Shown here: positions 27,415 through 37,559 of the stretch, piece by piece
Layout of the letters: every line of letters begins with the position of its first letter
How positions within the stretch are numbered: the first letter of the stretch is position 1
Assembly: GCA_963654425.1 (NCBI GenBank)
Contig: CAVKAR010000001.1
Coordinates: 888 to 64,887 of the forward strand
DNA from: Lachnospiraceae bacterium
GTDB taxonomy: Bacteria; Bacillota_I; Bacilli_A; RFN20; CAG-826
Length of the DNA stretch: 64,000 nt
Direction: 5' to 3'
Translations under genes and position numbers: made by a program
The notes under the pieces: model-generated
Told to the model about the DNA's origin: nothing
Database searches by the model: none
Seen by the model: only the letters and a program-made list of their open reading frames with translations

Positions 27415-28277
27415 GCGAAGAAAAGAAAGTAGCCTATATCGTTCGGAAATCCTTGCCCAAAAAAGAAGAGATTCCGACGCTGAAGGAAATCAGGGAAGAA
27501 ATCAAAGAAAGGCGTGCGGAGAATGCCTCTAACGAGGCGAAAAACGCCACGCCTTATGAAAAAGACCACCACTTGGAGAAACTCGGTCTAGTCATTACGG
27601 TCGTAAACGATGGGCAAGCCGCGGCAATCGTGAATCTTCTCCATGGCGTCAATAGCGCCGTCAGTTTCATCACGCACGGCGAAGGGACCGCGAGAAACGA
27701 TCTCTACGACGTTCTAGGCTTTGGCGAGCAGAAAAAGCAGATTATCTTATCGACGATAAAACGTCGCGATTGGACTTCTTTAGCGACTTTGCTAGAGGAA
27801 AGATTCTCCGTTTCGACGGCCGCGAAGGGCATTGCCTTCATGCTAGATATCAATGCCGTGGCAGGAGTCAGCACATACAAATTCCTTACTGATAGAAGAA
27901 TTGAGCCCAAAGAGGCAGAAAGAGGTATTAGCAAAATGGAAAACGCGAAAGAATACGAAGCGATTTTCGCCATCGTCAATAACGGTTGCACCGATTTGGT
28001 CATGAATGCCGCCAAACGCGCCGGGGCTAGAGGCGGAACGATCATCAATGCCCGCGGAACCGGCAACAAAGATATCGAAAAATTCTATGGCGTCGTCATC
28101 ACTCCAGAAAAGCAGATCGTCATGATTTTGGTTGAGAAGGATATCCGCGATGCCGTTCTCACCCAGATTACAGCTGACGTGAATATCCACTCAAAAGGCC
28201 AAGGCATCGCCTTCTCGATGCCGGTTGATGGGGTTGTCGGAATCTCGGGCGAAGAGAAAGAAGAAGCGGCGCAATAA
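27411..28277 (+). CDS. Tandem P-II-like signal-transduction protein (two P-II folds plus a K/E-rich N-terminal extension)
   Basis: There are two units of about 100 aa: LGLVITVVNDGQAAAIVNLL…GIAFMLDINAV and YEAIFAIVNNGCTDLVMNAAKRAGARGGTIINARGTG…GIAFSMPVDGV. The start overlaps the DUF1538 stop (ATGA). Confidence 0.65.
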   Translation: MSEEKKVAYIVRKSLPKKEEIPTLKEIREEIKERRAENASNEAKNATPYEKDHHLEKLGLVITVVNDGQAAAIVNLLHGVNSAVSFITHGEGTARNDLYDVLGFGEQKKQIILSTIKRRDWTSLATLLEERFSVSTAAKGIAFMLDINAVAGVSTYKFLTDRRIEPKEAERGISKMENAKEYEAIFAIVNNGCTDLVMNAAKRAGARGGTIINARGTGNKDIEKFYGVVITPEKQIVMILVEKDIRDAVLTQITADVNIHSKGQGIAFSMPVDGVVGISGEEKEEAAQ

Positions 28278-28295
28278 CCATTTCTCGGTTTGTTT

Positions 28296-31200
28296 ATGGA
28301 GAATGAGGTTAGTTTAGGGGAGCTGCGCAAAAAGCAGGAAAGCAAAGCTGCCCTTTGGTTGAAAAAACACGCGCCATGGCTAAGCAATTGGCAAAGCCTT
28401 TTTTGGTATTTCGTTTTTGTCTTTTTCGTCGGAGTGCTTTGGATGGCCTACTCCCTTTTCTCCAATAGCGGAACCCAGCTCTATGGCTGGGACTATAGCA
28501 GCCAATATACCCAATTTGCCTACCGCTTTTATGATGAGTGGCATTATTTTTTCAAAACCGGGGTATTCACTCTTTACGATCCATCGACGTTTTTTGGAAC
28601 CGACAATATAGGATCGAATAGTTATTACGGGCTATTCGACCCATTTGTCTTTCTTGTCGTTTTCTTTCCCCGGGTCGCCGTTCCGCAGGTTTTCGCTTTC
28701 GCGGCTTGCTTAAAAGGAGCCTTTGGCGCGCTTACGATGCGCGCTTATCTCAAATATATGGGGGTGAGCGAAAAAAGCTCACGCGTCGGCGCTTTGGCCT
28801 TTGCCTATTCAGGCTACCTCAATTTCATGGTCGGCTTCCCAAGCACAGTAAGCATGTGCCTTACGGTGCCTCTCATCCTTTTGGGGATCGAGAAAGTCAT
28901 CAAGGAAAGAAAACCGACGACTTTGATTTTCGGGTTATTCTTACTAGGGATCATCTCTTTCTTCTTCCTCGTCGTTTTGTGCATTTTCGGCGTCTTGTAC
29001 GCTCTTTGGCGCTTTTTCTGGACGATCAAGCAAAGAAACGGGAAAGAGAATCTCGAAGTCATCGTCATGGGCATATGTTCCTTCGCTCTCGGCCTCATGC
29101 TTTGCTCTTGGACCTTGCTCCCGTCATTGCGCGAGAGTTCGTTATCCGGAAGAACAGTTTCAATCGGCGCCGCTTACTTAGCCTCCCTCAAGAGCGCATT
29201 CGCGAGCTTTGATGTAGGGACCGTCTTCTCTCTTCTCTTCCAGATGGTTGGCGGCAATAGCAGCCGCGAATTGATGGGGCTCGTGAGTTTCTTTTATCCG
29301 ACCTGCAACTATCTTTGGCTGCCTCTTATCCGCTCAACGACCGATTATGCATATGATGCTTGGACCGCATCTTTGTTCTGTTACACCCCGATGGCGATTT
29401 TCTTTATCTATAATCTGATTACGCACATCAGGAAAAAAGATTGGGAGCATCTAATCGGCTTTGCGGTCTGCTCTTATTTCGTCTTCACGACTTTCGCCTA
29501 TTATTTCTTTTATGCCTTCACGGGGGATGGATATGGAAGATGGTTTATCGTCCTTGTGCCGCTTATTATCCGTGAGGGGTGCAAAGGGCTTGACGATATT
29601 AAGAAGAACCCTGATTGGCAGTTGCCTTTTGCAAGCCTTCTAGCTTGCATATTGACGGTTCTAACCTTCATCATCACCAAAGCGGCGTTATCGGGAAAAC
29701 AAAGCAATCCTCTGAATTTTTCCTCTTATTATTACTACACCTTCAATGTTCCGGCCGTGGTGAACGGCTATAGCCTCCTTTGGGTCGTTTTCTATCAGAT
29801 CGCCCTTGTCATCGTCGAATCGCTCCTCATTTATTTCTTCCGCAACAAAGAGAACCTCCATTACATCTTGACGGGCATGATCGCGGTGGAAATCATCGTT
29901 GCAGGCAACATGAGCTTCGCTTATGGAAGCTCGTGGAGTTACAAGTACAGCTATAATGGCGGCGCTTACAACGCCTCGCTTTTGCAAGACGCTACCGATT
30001 ATATGAACGAGCAGGATTCGTCTTTCTTCCGCACTTATCAAGATGGCAGCAATGAGAAAAACGCCTCTATGGCTTTCGGCTATAACGGCTCCAGCAATTT
30101 CCACTCCCTCTTCAATTACGACGTGGCAGAGCTTGGAAGATTCTCCCATGTTGTTTCCAATGAGCACACTTATGGGCCGGTTTACGGGAAAATGATCACA
30201 AACAAGACGTGGAGCGGGTACTACGCGAATAAGCGCGCCGACTTCGATTACGCGATGGGCTATAAATATTACATCATAAGAAACGAAGGATATGGCGACT
30301 GGGATGAGCAAAGCTATTCCTACAATGTTCCTTTTGGCTCAAAAGTCATTTATCAAAATGAGAGATTCCGCGTTTATCAAAGCCCAACCGTCTCAACTCT
30401 TGGCCATGCCGTCGATAACGTTTATCAAATAAAGGCAAACGAGGATTCAAGCGTCGATAATTCATCGAATTTTTATGAATCGAAATATGGATATGATGGC
30501 TTTAAAGAGATAACGCGCAATGAAGAATGTTATTTAAACGGAGCCATTTTTGAAGAAAATAGTGAGATTCCGCAAGGATTTTCCCTTTCTTCAGCTCCAA
30601 GCGCCTATTCAACATACACCAACATAACCTCAAGTTTGACCGGCTATAAATACGTCACCAAAGAGGGATATGGGTTCCATTATGAAGACCCAGGCAGTTT
30701 CTTGAACGACGCGAGCGTTTGGAGCAAGGAGCCAGTCTCAATAGGGACAAGCGGGCAATACGGGCAAGATGATGAGAAAATCGTCTGGAAAAAAGAAAAT
30801 GGCGATTATTTGAACACCGATGCAACGGGAGCCTATTTCTTGCTCGGTTATACTTCGAGCGCCCGCACGCGCATTTATATGATAGGGGATACCTTTGATT
30901 CTGACGGCAATCTCCTTAAAGAAAACACTTTGCTCAATTATGAATATTGGGCCATAAGCAATTTGATATCCAGCGGATCCTCGTCTTATAACGGCCTGTA
31001 TGGTTTCTATGCGCCAGGGAAAGTGAAGGCTATCGTGTATTGCCGAAAAGAAGAAGGAAATTCGACTGAAAATATCTCGCGTCCCCTTTTGCTAAAACAG
31101 GAAAGATCTGACTTTGAGGCAAAATTCAACAAGTTATCAAGCGATCAGGAATATGCGCTGAGCGATGTTGCCTATTCCGTGAACAAATTCACTTTCAAAA

Positions 31201-31517
31201 CCAATTTCTCCAAGAAACGCATTTGCGTAACGTCTTTGGGGTATGATGCAGGCTGGAGCGTAGAGGCGACTTACACAAAAGAAGATGGAACGAAAGTCAC
31301 GGAAGAATGCGAGACTTTCAAGCTTGATGGCGGATTCGTTGGTTTCCTTGCCCCAAGCGGCGAGGTCAGCTATTCCCTCAATTACATGACTCCGACCTTG
31401 AAAACGGGCGTTGCTTTATCGGTTGCGGCCGTGATTATCTATTTTGGATATGAGCTTACTTTGTATTTGCTCTGGAAGCGTAGCAAGAAAAGCAATTCGT
31501 TGAGCGATGAGGCTTAA
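28296..31517 (+). CDS. Large YfhO-like polytopic membrane protein (GT-C-type glycosyltransferase candidate)
   Basis: A multi-TM N-terminal two-thirds is followed by a large extracytoplasmic C-terminal domain and a terminal TM helix. Family assignment is by overall architecture. Confidence 0.6.
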   Translation: MENEVSLGELRKKQESKAALWLKKHAPWLSNWQSLFWYFVFVFFVGVLWMAYSLFSNSGTQLYGWDYSSQYTQFAYRFYDEWHYFFKTGVFTLYDPSTFFGTDNIGSNSYYGLFDPFVFLVVFFPRVAVPQVFAFAACLKGAFGALTMRAYLKYMGVSEKSSRVGALAFAYSGYLNFMVGFPSTVSMCLTVPLILLGIEKVIKERKPTTLIFGLFLLGIISFFFLVVLCIFGVLYALWRFFWTIKQRNGKENLEVIVMGICSFALGLMLCSWTLLPSLRESSLSGRTVSIGAAYLASLKSAFASFDVGTVFSLLFQMVGGNSSRELMGLVSFFYPTCNYLWLPLIRSTTDYAYDAWTASLFCYTPMAIFFIYNLITHIRKKDWEHLIGFAVCSYFVFTTFAYYFFYAFTGDGYGRWFIVLVPLIIREGCKGLDDIKKNPDWQLPFASLLACILTVLTFIITKAALSGKQSNPLNFSSYYYYTFNVPAVVNGYSLLWVVFYQIALVIVESLLIYFFRNKENLHYILTGMIAVEIIVAGNMSFAYGSSWSYKYSYNGGAYNASLLQDATDYMNEQDSSFFRTYQDGSNEKNASMAFGYNGSSNFHSLFNYDVAELGRFSHVVSNEHTYGPVYGKMITNKTWSGYYANKRADFDYAMGYKYYIIRNEGYGDWDEQSYSYNVPFGSKVIYQNERFRVYQSPTVSTLGHAVDNVYQIKANEDSSVDNSSNFYESKYGYDGFKEITRNEECYLNGAIFEENSEIPQGFSLSSAPSAYSTYTNITSSLTGYKYVTKEGYGFHYEDPGSFLNDASVWSKEPVSIGTSGQYGQDDEKIVWKKENGDYLNTDATGAYFLLGYTSSARTRIYMIGDTFDSDGNLLKENTLLNYEYWAISNLISSGSSSYNGLYGFYAPGKVKAIVYCRKEEGNSTENISRPLLLKQERSDFEAKFNKLSSDQEYALSDVAYSVNKFTFKTNFSKKRICVTSLGYDAGWSVEATYTKEDGTKVTEECETFKLDGGFVGFLAPSGEVSYSLNYMTPTLKTGVALSVAAVIIYFGYELTLYLLWKRSKKSNSLSDEA

Positions 31518-31520
31518 GCT

Positions 31521-32372
31521 TTATTTCATCGATAGATAAATATCGTAAACGCGGTTTTTCGGAAGATTGTTTTCTTTCGCCACCTTGTTGATGGCCTCTT
31601 TGCTTTTCATGGTTTTGCTTAATTCCGCCAAAAGGGATTTTATCTCTTGATCAGACAGCGTGCTCTCTTCTTTCTTTTTCCCTTCGACGATAATCACCAT
31701 CTCTCCAATGAGGGTAGAGGGGTCGATATCCGCAAGCTCGCCGATCGAAGCGCGGATGTATTCCTCGTGAAGTTTCGTCAGCTCTCTCCCTAAGCAGGCC
31801 TTTCTATCAGGCCCAAAAGCTTCTTTGATGGCAAGGAGAGTGCGGTTTATCCTATGTGGCGATTCATAGAAAATGATCGTCTCTTTTCTTTCTTTAAGCT
31901 CATTTAATTCGCGTTTCATCTCAGCTGCCTTGCTTGGCAAGAAACCCTCGAAATAATAATGCGATGTATCAAGCCCGCTTGCCGCCAAAGCGCACAAAGA
32001 GGCGCTTGGGCCGTTTACCACCGAGACTTTTATGCCGTTCTCGATTGCTCTTTTCACTAAACGGGAGCCAGGATCGCTGACGGTTGGATAGCCAGCATCG
32101 CTGACATAGGCTATTTTCTTGCCTTCCAAAAGCAGTTCGATGATTTTCGCGGAAGCTTCTTCCTCGTTATGCTCGTGGCAGGAAATCAGGGCTTTTTTAA
32201 TGCCGAAACGCGAAAACAAAAGGCCTGAATTCCTGGTGTCCTCGCAGGCAATGTAATCCATTTCCTGAAGTATGCTTTGGGCGCGCGAAGAAAATTCGGC
32301 GAGATTTCCTATAGGGGTAGCCACTAAATAGAGAAGCGGCTTTTTTCCTTCGAAGTTCCCTTCGCGGATCAC
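31521..32372 (-). CDS. rsmI: 16S rRNA (cytidine1402-2'-O)-methyltransferase
   Basis: It has LYLVATPIGNLAEFS and CEDTR. Confidence 0.9.
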   Translation of the reverse strand: MIREGNFEGKKPLLYLVATPIGNLAEFSSRAQSILQEMDYIACEDTRNSGLLFSRFGIKKALISCHEHNEEEASAKIIELLLEGKKIAYVSDAGYPTVSDPGSRLVKRAIENGIKVSVVNGPSASLCALAASGLDTSHYYFEGFLPSKAAEMKRELNELKERKETIIFYESPHRINRTLLAIKEAFGPDRKACLGRELTKLHEEYIRASIGELADIDPSTLIGEMVIIVEGKKKEESTLSDQEIKSLLAELSKTMKSKEAINKVAKENNLPKNRVYDIYLSMK

Positions 32373-33235
32373 TAATTGGCTCCTTCGCTAGAGGCTTGTT
32401 TTTGATATGAGCCACGCGCTTTTTTCATCGCGTTGTTGAATTCGTCGAGCGGGATTACCTTGGTGTCGAGCGGGTTTTCCAATTTGACGGTGCGCGAAAG
32501 GATGTTGAAACCGGAAACGGTGTATTCGCCTTCTGGCAAGCGGATTGACGCCCCGACGTGCGGATAGTCTTTCTTGGCGTCAGTATACATATCATCTTCG
32601 TAGAGCAAACAGCATATGAGCTTTCCGCACGGTCCGGAGAGCTTTGGGATATTCAAAGTGAGCATCTGGTTTTTGGCTCTGGAAATGGATATGCCGTCAA
32701 ATTCGCTGATGAAGGTGCTGCAGCATAAAGGCAAACCGCATATGGCGATTCCGCCAACCATCTTGGCTTTGTCGCGGCTAGCGATCTGATGAAGCTCGAT
32801 GCGGGCATGAAGCTGAGGCGCCAAAAGTCTTAATAGCTCACGGAAATCAACGCGGGCATCAGAGGTATAGGTTATGGTGATCTTGCTCCCGTCCAAGGTG
32901 TAATTCGCTCCTAAAAGATTCATCCCCAAGCCAAGTCGTTTTACTTCTTCTTCGGTAATATTCATCGCGATTCTGGCCTGCTTTTCATAAAAACGATAAT
33001 TGCTCTCATCATCTTTTGTCGCTTTCCTTAGGATTGGCTTAAGGGCTAAGGAGGAAGAATAAATAGCGGTGGACAAAGGAGCCGAGGCCACAATGCCTAG
33101 CTCTAAGCCGGATACGGTGTCTACGATAACGTGGTCGCCGATTTTCAAATCAGAGAAATCGGTCCCAAAGTAATATGATTTGCTGGCGTTGGTTAAGCGG
33201 ATTCCAACGTAATATTGATAATCGGTTGCAGGCAT
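32372..33235 (-). CDS. yaaT: PSP1-domain protein YaaT/RicT
   Basis: The PSP1 C-terminal region has a CCxxY cysteine cluster (CGLPLCC, CGKLICCLLYE). Its position after holB is conserved. Confidence 0.85.
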   Translation of the reverse strand: MPATDYQYYVGIRLTNASKSYYFGTDFSDLKIGDHVIVDTVSGLELGIVASAPLSTAIYSSSLALKPILRKATKDDESNYRFYEKQARIAMNITEEEVKRLGLGMNLLGANYTLDGSKITITYTSDARVDFRELLRLLAPQLHARIELHQIASRDKAKMVGGIAICGLPLCCSTFISEFDGISISRAKNQMLTLNIPKLSGPCGKLICCLLYEDDMYTDAKKDYPHVGASIRLPEGEYTVSGFNILSRTVKLENPLDTKVIPLDEFNNAMKKARGSYQKQASSEGAN

Positions 33236-33238
33236 ATG

Positions 33239-34216
33239 CTACTCCTTTGTTAATTCATTCGCTAAGTGGTCGAGCAAGAGGGATGGCGAGAGATTCAAAT
33301 CCAGTTCCGACCTCACTCTCAAGATTGTCTCCAAACCCTTTTCTGGGCGTTTGATTCTTTTTGATAGCGGCGAAAGCAATTCATTATAGCAACTTAATGA
33401 GGCTTCGCTCCCATGACGAAGAGCGATTAAATCATGATAGGCCAAAGAAAGCATATCCAGGAAGTAACGGCATCCTTCTTTGTTCCCGACGAGTTCGCAA
33501 ATATCTTTTTCGAAGTTATAGATAGCTTCTTCTCTCGAGGAAGAAAGCGATTGAAGCGCGACCAAGAAGGCGCTTTTGGCCTTTTTATAGGCATCGCTTT
33601 CTCTCTCTATGGCGATAATATCGGCACTATTTACGAAATGAGCCAATATTTCCGCATCGGCTTTAGACACATCTAGAGCTAGAGCGTCGTTTATCACTTC
33701 TTCGATAGGCAGTTGGAATAGGCGCAGAGTTTCGCATCTGCTTACGATGGTCGGGAGGATGCGAGATGGGTTTTGGCTTGTCAATATGGCGTAGCAATTC
33801 TGCGATGGCTCCTCCAAAAATTTGAGCAAAGCATTCACGGCTTCACTCGTCATATTCTCCACCAGGTGGATTATATAAACCATGATGCCTTTAGCCTCGT
33901 TCGGCGTTTTGGAAAAGCCGTTCACGATTCCGGCCACATCGTCTTTTTTAATGGAGCCGGCGCTTCCATCCAAAAACAGCAGATCGGTATATAGGTTTTG
34001 CTCAATGCGCTTGCAGTTTGAGCATGATTCATCCGCTAAAGGGGAAGGGTGAAGGCAAAGCAACGACTCGGCGATGAAATAAGCGGTTTCTTTTAATGGG
34101 GCTCCGCTTTCGCCAGTCAATAGATAGGCATGGGACACCCTTTGATGCGAAAAAGCTTCCAGTAAGGCCTTGTAGAGGAGCGGTTGATGGTTTTCTAGGT
34201 AAGAGGAAAAGCGCAT
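33239..34216 (-). CDS. holB: DNA polymerase III delta' subunit
   Basis: It has HAYLLTGESG and a zinc-module-like CSNCKRI. Synteny is tmk-holB. Confidence 0.85.
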   Translation of the reverse strand: MRFSSYLENHQPLLYKALLEAFSHQRVSHAYLLTGESGAPLKETAYFIAESLLCLHPSPLADESCSNCKRIEQNLYTDLLFLDGSAGSIKKDDVAGIVNGFSKTPNEAKGIMVYIIHLVENMTSEAVNALLKFLEEPSQNCYAILTSQNPSRILPTIVSRCETLRLFQLPIEEVINDALALDVSKADAEILAHFVNSADIIAIERESDAYKKAKSAFLVALQSLSSSREEAIYNFEKDICELVGNKEGCRYFLDMLSLAYHDLIALRHGSEASLSCYNELLSPLSKRIKRPEKGLETILRVRSELDLNLSPSLLLDHLANELTKE

Positions 34217-34217
34217 A

Positions 34218-34835
34218 TCAGTGCAATCTCTTCAAGATCTCCTCATAAGCTTCATCAGCAACTTCTTCGGCCTTTTTGCTTGCGTCTATTCTTACGATCC
34301 GATTCGGGAATTTGGCGCATAAGGTTTCAAAAGAGTTATATACGACTTCGTGGAAGGACATTTTTTCAACGTCTAGGCGATTGACTTCCCGATTGGCGTT
34401 AGCCTCGATTCTTTTCAATCCTTCTTGCGGTTTGAGCTCAAAAAAGATGGTCAGATCAGGCAATAGCCCATCGGTAGCGTATTGGTTCAACTCGTACACC
34501 CTATCGATGCCTAAGCCTCTTGCTCCTCCTTGATAGGCTAAAGAAGAGTCCAAAAAGCGGTCGCTGATGACGATTTTGCCTTCTTGCAGGGCCGGCTTTA
34601 TTTTCTCTACGATATGCTGACGGCGGCTTGCGGCATAAAGCAAGGCTTCTGTCATAGGGTCCATCGCCGTGTTCTTTTTGTCCAAAATGACGTTGCGGAT
34701 CTCTTCGGAAATCGGTGTGCCTCCAGGCTCACGCGTCAAAACGACCTCATATCCGAGTTTTTCCAAACGAGGGACGATTATTTTTATGGCGGTGCTTTTT
34801 CCTGAGCCTTCGCCGCCTTCAAGCGTGATGAACAT
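34218..34835 (-). CDS. tmk: Thymidylate kinase
   Basis: It has MFITLEGGEGSGKST and DRFLDSSLAYQG. Confidence 0.95.
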   Translation of the reverse strand: MFITLEGGEGSGKSTAIKIIVPRLEKLGYEVVLTREPGGTPISEEIRNVILDKKNTAMDPMTEALLYAASRRQHIVEKIKPALQEGKIVISDRFLDSSLAYQGGARGLGIDRVYELNQYATDGLLPDLTIFFELKPQEGLKRIEANANREVNRLDVEKMSFHEVVYNSFETLCAKFPNRIVRIDASKKAEEVADEAYEEILKRLH

Positions 34836-35431
34836 TATAGTTTTCTCCTCCCCTCGAATGCCTTGGACAAAGTCAAGGCGTCGGTGTAATCAAGACTCGC
34901 CCCCATTGGCAGTCCATATCCTAACCGTGTCACGATGACGTTCTTGCCTTCTAGCATTTTCGCGATGAATAAGCCCGTCGTTTGCCCTTCCAAGGTTGGG
35001 CTGATGGCGATGATGACTTCTTTCACTGCGCCATTTTCAAGGCGGTGGAGCAATGGATCGATGGCGATGTCGCCGGCAAGGATCCCTTTTGAGGCATTAA
35101 TGAGCCCTCCTAAAACGTGATAGAGCCCATGGTAGGAATTCATTTTCTCGATTGCCAAAGCTTCTTTGTATTCGCTTACTACCACAATTGTCGAATGGTC
35201 GCGTGTCTCATCGGAACAAACGGGGCAGCCTTCGCCCTCCATATAGAGTCCGCATATCGGGCATTTATGGATTTTTGACCCGACATCTTCGATTGCGTGA
35301 ATGAATTGCTCCTTGCTCTCATTACTCATTCCTAAAACGGCGTATGCCATCCTTTCAGCGGATTTATTGCCTACGCCAGGAAGCTTCGAAAAGCTGTCCG
35401 TCAATGAAACGATCGAAGAGAGCTCTTTCAT
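34835..35431 (-). CDS. recR: Recombination protein RecR
   Basis: It has an HhH region, the C4 zinc finger CPICGLYMEGEGCPVC and a Toprim domain. Confidence 0.95.
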   Translation of the reverse strand: MKELSSIVSLTDSFSKLPGVGNKSAERMAYAVLGMSNESKEQFIHAIEDVGSKIHKCPICGLYMEGEGCPVCSDETRDHSTIVVVSEYKEALAIEKMNSYHGLYHVLGGLINASKGILAGDIAIDPLLHRLENGAVKEVIIAISPTLEGQTTGLFIAKMLEGKNVIVTRLGYGLPMGASLDYTDALTLSKAFEGRRKL

Positions 35432-35437
35432 GAATAT

Positions 35438-35740
35438 TTAAAAAGGCAAGCCGGTTCTGCCGGTGATTTTCTCTTCGATGGCATCAGATTCTTGCTGTAC
35501 TTTCTCTATGCCTTCATTGATGGCCATCTTGATCGTGTCTTGGAGCATTTCGACATTTTCCGGATCGATAGCATCCTTATCGATTGAGATAGAGGCAACC
35601 ATCCCATCCCCTTTCAAGACTACCTCGACCATGCCGGCTTTGCTCACTTTGAATTCTTTCTCCGCGAGTTCGCTTTTGGCTTTCGCTAGTTCGCGCTGCA
35701 TTTTTTGCGCTTGCATAAGCATTTGCTGCATTGGATTCAT
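35438..35740 (-). CDS. ybaB: Nucleoid-associated protein YbaB/EbfC
   Basis: It is 100 aa. MQQMLMQAQKMQREL… is typical of the family. It sits between dnaX and recR. Confidence 0.9.
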   Translation of the reverse strand: MNPMQQMLMQAQKMQRELAKAKSELAEKEFKVSKAGMVEVVLKGDGMVASISIDKDAIDPENVEMLQDTIKMAINEGIEKVQQESDAIEEKITGRTGLPF

Positions 35741-35768
35741 GTTATTTCTCCTTTTATTTGATTATTGC

Positions 35769-37559
35769 TTAATTCGGCAGATTCACTTTTGAAGTCGCTT
35801 TGTCTGGCAATTTTTTGACTTGTTGTAGCGAATAGAAATAGTTTAAGATGCGGCTTCTTTCATTTGGATCGAGGGTGAAGACGAACACGCGCCTTCCAAG
35901 GAGCTGGGCGATCATCTCCTCGATTGTCTCCTGATTGGCTTTGATATTGGCCTTGTTGCGTAATTTCGTGAAGTCGGTCACGAGAATAAGCGCTTCTTTC
36001 GAGAGGCATAGGGGGTGGGTGCTCGCTAGAAGGGTCGCAAACGGTCCTAGGTCAGCGTCTTCCCTCAGCAAGGAGAATTCCTTCCAATTGTTTAAGAGCT
36101 TCGTTCTTTCGCTTTTATCGCCCTTCACCATTATCTTGATAATCTCATCGTCAGGCAGTTCGTACATTTCCCCTTCGGTGGCGATCGGGAGTTTTTGGAT
36201 GTTGCTGACGTTTATCAAGCTTGCGGTCATCTTAGGTTTGTTTTCTTCATCTTTTTTGCTTTCGCTTTCGAACAAGAAGGAAGGAGGCTCTTCTAGGGGT
36301 TGCCCGTATTCGTCATCGCTAGAGGCGAGAGGCGGTTTCTCTTTCATTGGCTCAGGAGCGGTTTTCGCTGGTTCGATTATTGGCTTCTCTTCTTCTTTTC
36401 TCTCCTCTATTTTTGGAGTGATGGTTTCTTTGATGATAGGCTTTGCTTGCTCTACCGGCTTGCTTTCCTTTTTGATGGCAGGCGTTTCTTTTGCGGCTAT
36501 TTTTATCAAGCATAATTCAAACAAAGACAGGACATCGGTGATGTTCTTGTAGCCGTTTTGCGTTGTCACGAATTCATAAACGATCTTCAACGCCTCATCA
36601 TAAGTGAAATACGACGACAGGTCTTTGGCGTTTTTCTCGTTTATTTTCGCAAGCAATGAAGCGTCCGAGGTTTTCTCATAGACGATCAGATCTTTCAAAA
36701 CGGCGATGAGGTCGGAAGTCAGACGGCGAATATCGATGCCGCTGATGCTGTATTCCTTTACGCGGTTCAGCAAAGAAGCCACGTTCCCTTTCGCCACATC
36801 GATGAGCAAAGATATCTTTTCATCGTTGGAGGCTAAGCCATATAGGTCTAAGACATCTTTCTCGAAAAGGCGGTTCCCGCTATAAGCGAGGACTTGGTCC
36901 ATGATTGACAAAGAATCGCGCATTCCCCCATCCGCCAAAGAAATAACGGCTTCAATTCCGCCATCATCGAATTCGGCTTGTTCATCAGCAAGAACCTCTT
37001 TGAGTTTTTTGCCCATGTCTTGCTCGGAGATTTTGCCGAAGTCGAATCTTTGGCAACGGCTTAAGATGGTCGGCAAAACTTTATGGGGTTCGGTGGTGCA
37101 AAGGATGAAAATGACGTTTTCCGGCGGCTCTTCAAGCGTTTTCAGCAAAGCGTTGAACGCGCCTGGGGTCATCATATGCACTTCGTCAATGATGTAGACT
37201 TTGTATTTTCCTTTAATCGGAGCGTATTTGACTTTGTCGATGAGTTCTCTGACTTGATCTACGCCATTATTGCTAGCGGCATCGATCTCGATTACGTCTG
37301 GATGTGAGCCGTCAGCGATCGATAAGCAATTTTGGCACTCGCAGCACTGATGCCCGAGCCCCTCCTCGCAATCTAATGCTTTGGCGAATAGCCTAGCCAT
37401 GGTCGTTTTGCCAGTTCCACGTGGGCCGGCAAAAAGATAAGCGTGCCCGATTTTGTTTGCGGATAACGAATTGCGCAGCGTTTGGACAATGGCTTTTTGG
37501 CCAGCTACTTCTTCGAATTTCTGAGGGCGGTATTTTAAATAAAGGGAACGATATGCCAT
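35769..37559 (-). CDS. dnaX: DNA polymerase III tau subunit
   Basis: It has MAYRSLYLKYRPQKFEEVAGQ, GPRGTGKTT and a zinc module. The ORF track starts 2 codons earlier at a TTG. The ATG at 37559 lies 7 nt after a TATAAT. Confidence 0.93.
   Translation of the reverse strand: MAYRSLYLKYRPQKFEEVAGQKAIVQTLRNSLSANKIGHAYLFAGPRGTGKTTMARLFAKALDCEEGLGHQCCECQNCLSIADGSHPDVIEIDAASNNGVDQVRELIDKVKYAPIKGKYKVYIIDEVHMMTPGAFNALLKTLEEPPENVIFILCTTEPHKVLPTILSRCQRFDFGKISEQDMGKKLKEVLADEQAEFDDGGIEAVISLADGGMRDSLSIMDQVLAYSGNRLFEKDVLDLYGLASNDEKISLLIDVAKGNVASLLNRVKEYSISGIDIRRLTSDLIAVLKDLIVYEKTSDASLLAKINEKNAKDLSSYFTYDEALKIVYEFVTTQNGYKNITDVLSLFELCLIKIAAKETPAIKKESKPVEQAKPIIKETITPKIEERKEEEKPIIEPAKTAPEPMKEKPPLASSDDEYGQPLEEPPSFLFESESKKDEENKPKMTASLINVSNIQKLPIATEGEMYELPDDEIIKIMVKGDKSERTKLLNNWKEFSLLREDADLGPFATLLASTHPLCLSKEALILVTDFTKLRNKANIKANQETIEEMIAQLLGRRVFVFTLDPNERSRILNYFYSLQQVKKLPDKATSKVNLPN

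Noticed and set aside
36252-36257. An A6 run (…AGC AAA AAA GAT… on the coding strand) in dnaX at the position where E. coli makes gamma by -1 frameshifting
   Set aside because: The heptamer is not in the X XXY YYZ frame (C AAA AAA). No downstream stem-loop or upstream SD-like element was seen. A tau/gamma frameshift is not supported.
35935-36552. Long antisense ORFs: 35935-36552 opposite dnaX, 29688-30311 opposite the YfhO-like gene, 41362-41991 opposite comFA, and 43460-43948 opposite secA
   Set aside because: Each overlaps a conserved gene with clear motifs on the other strand. None has an RBS or a recognisable domain.
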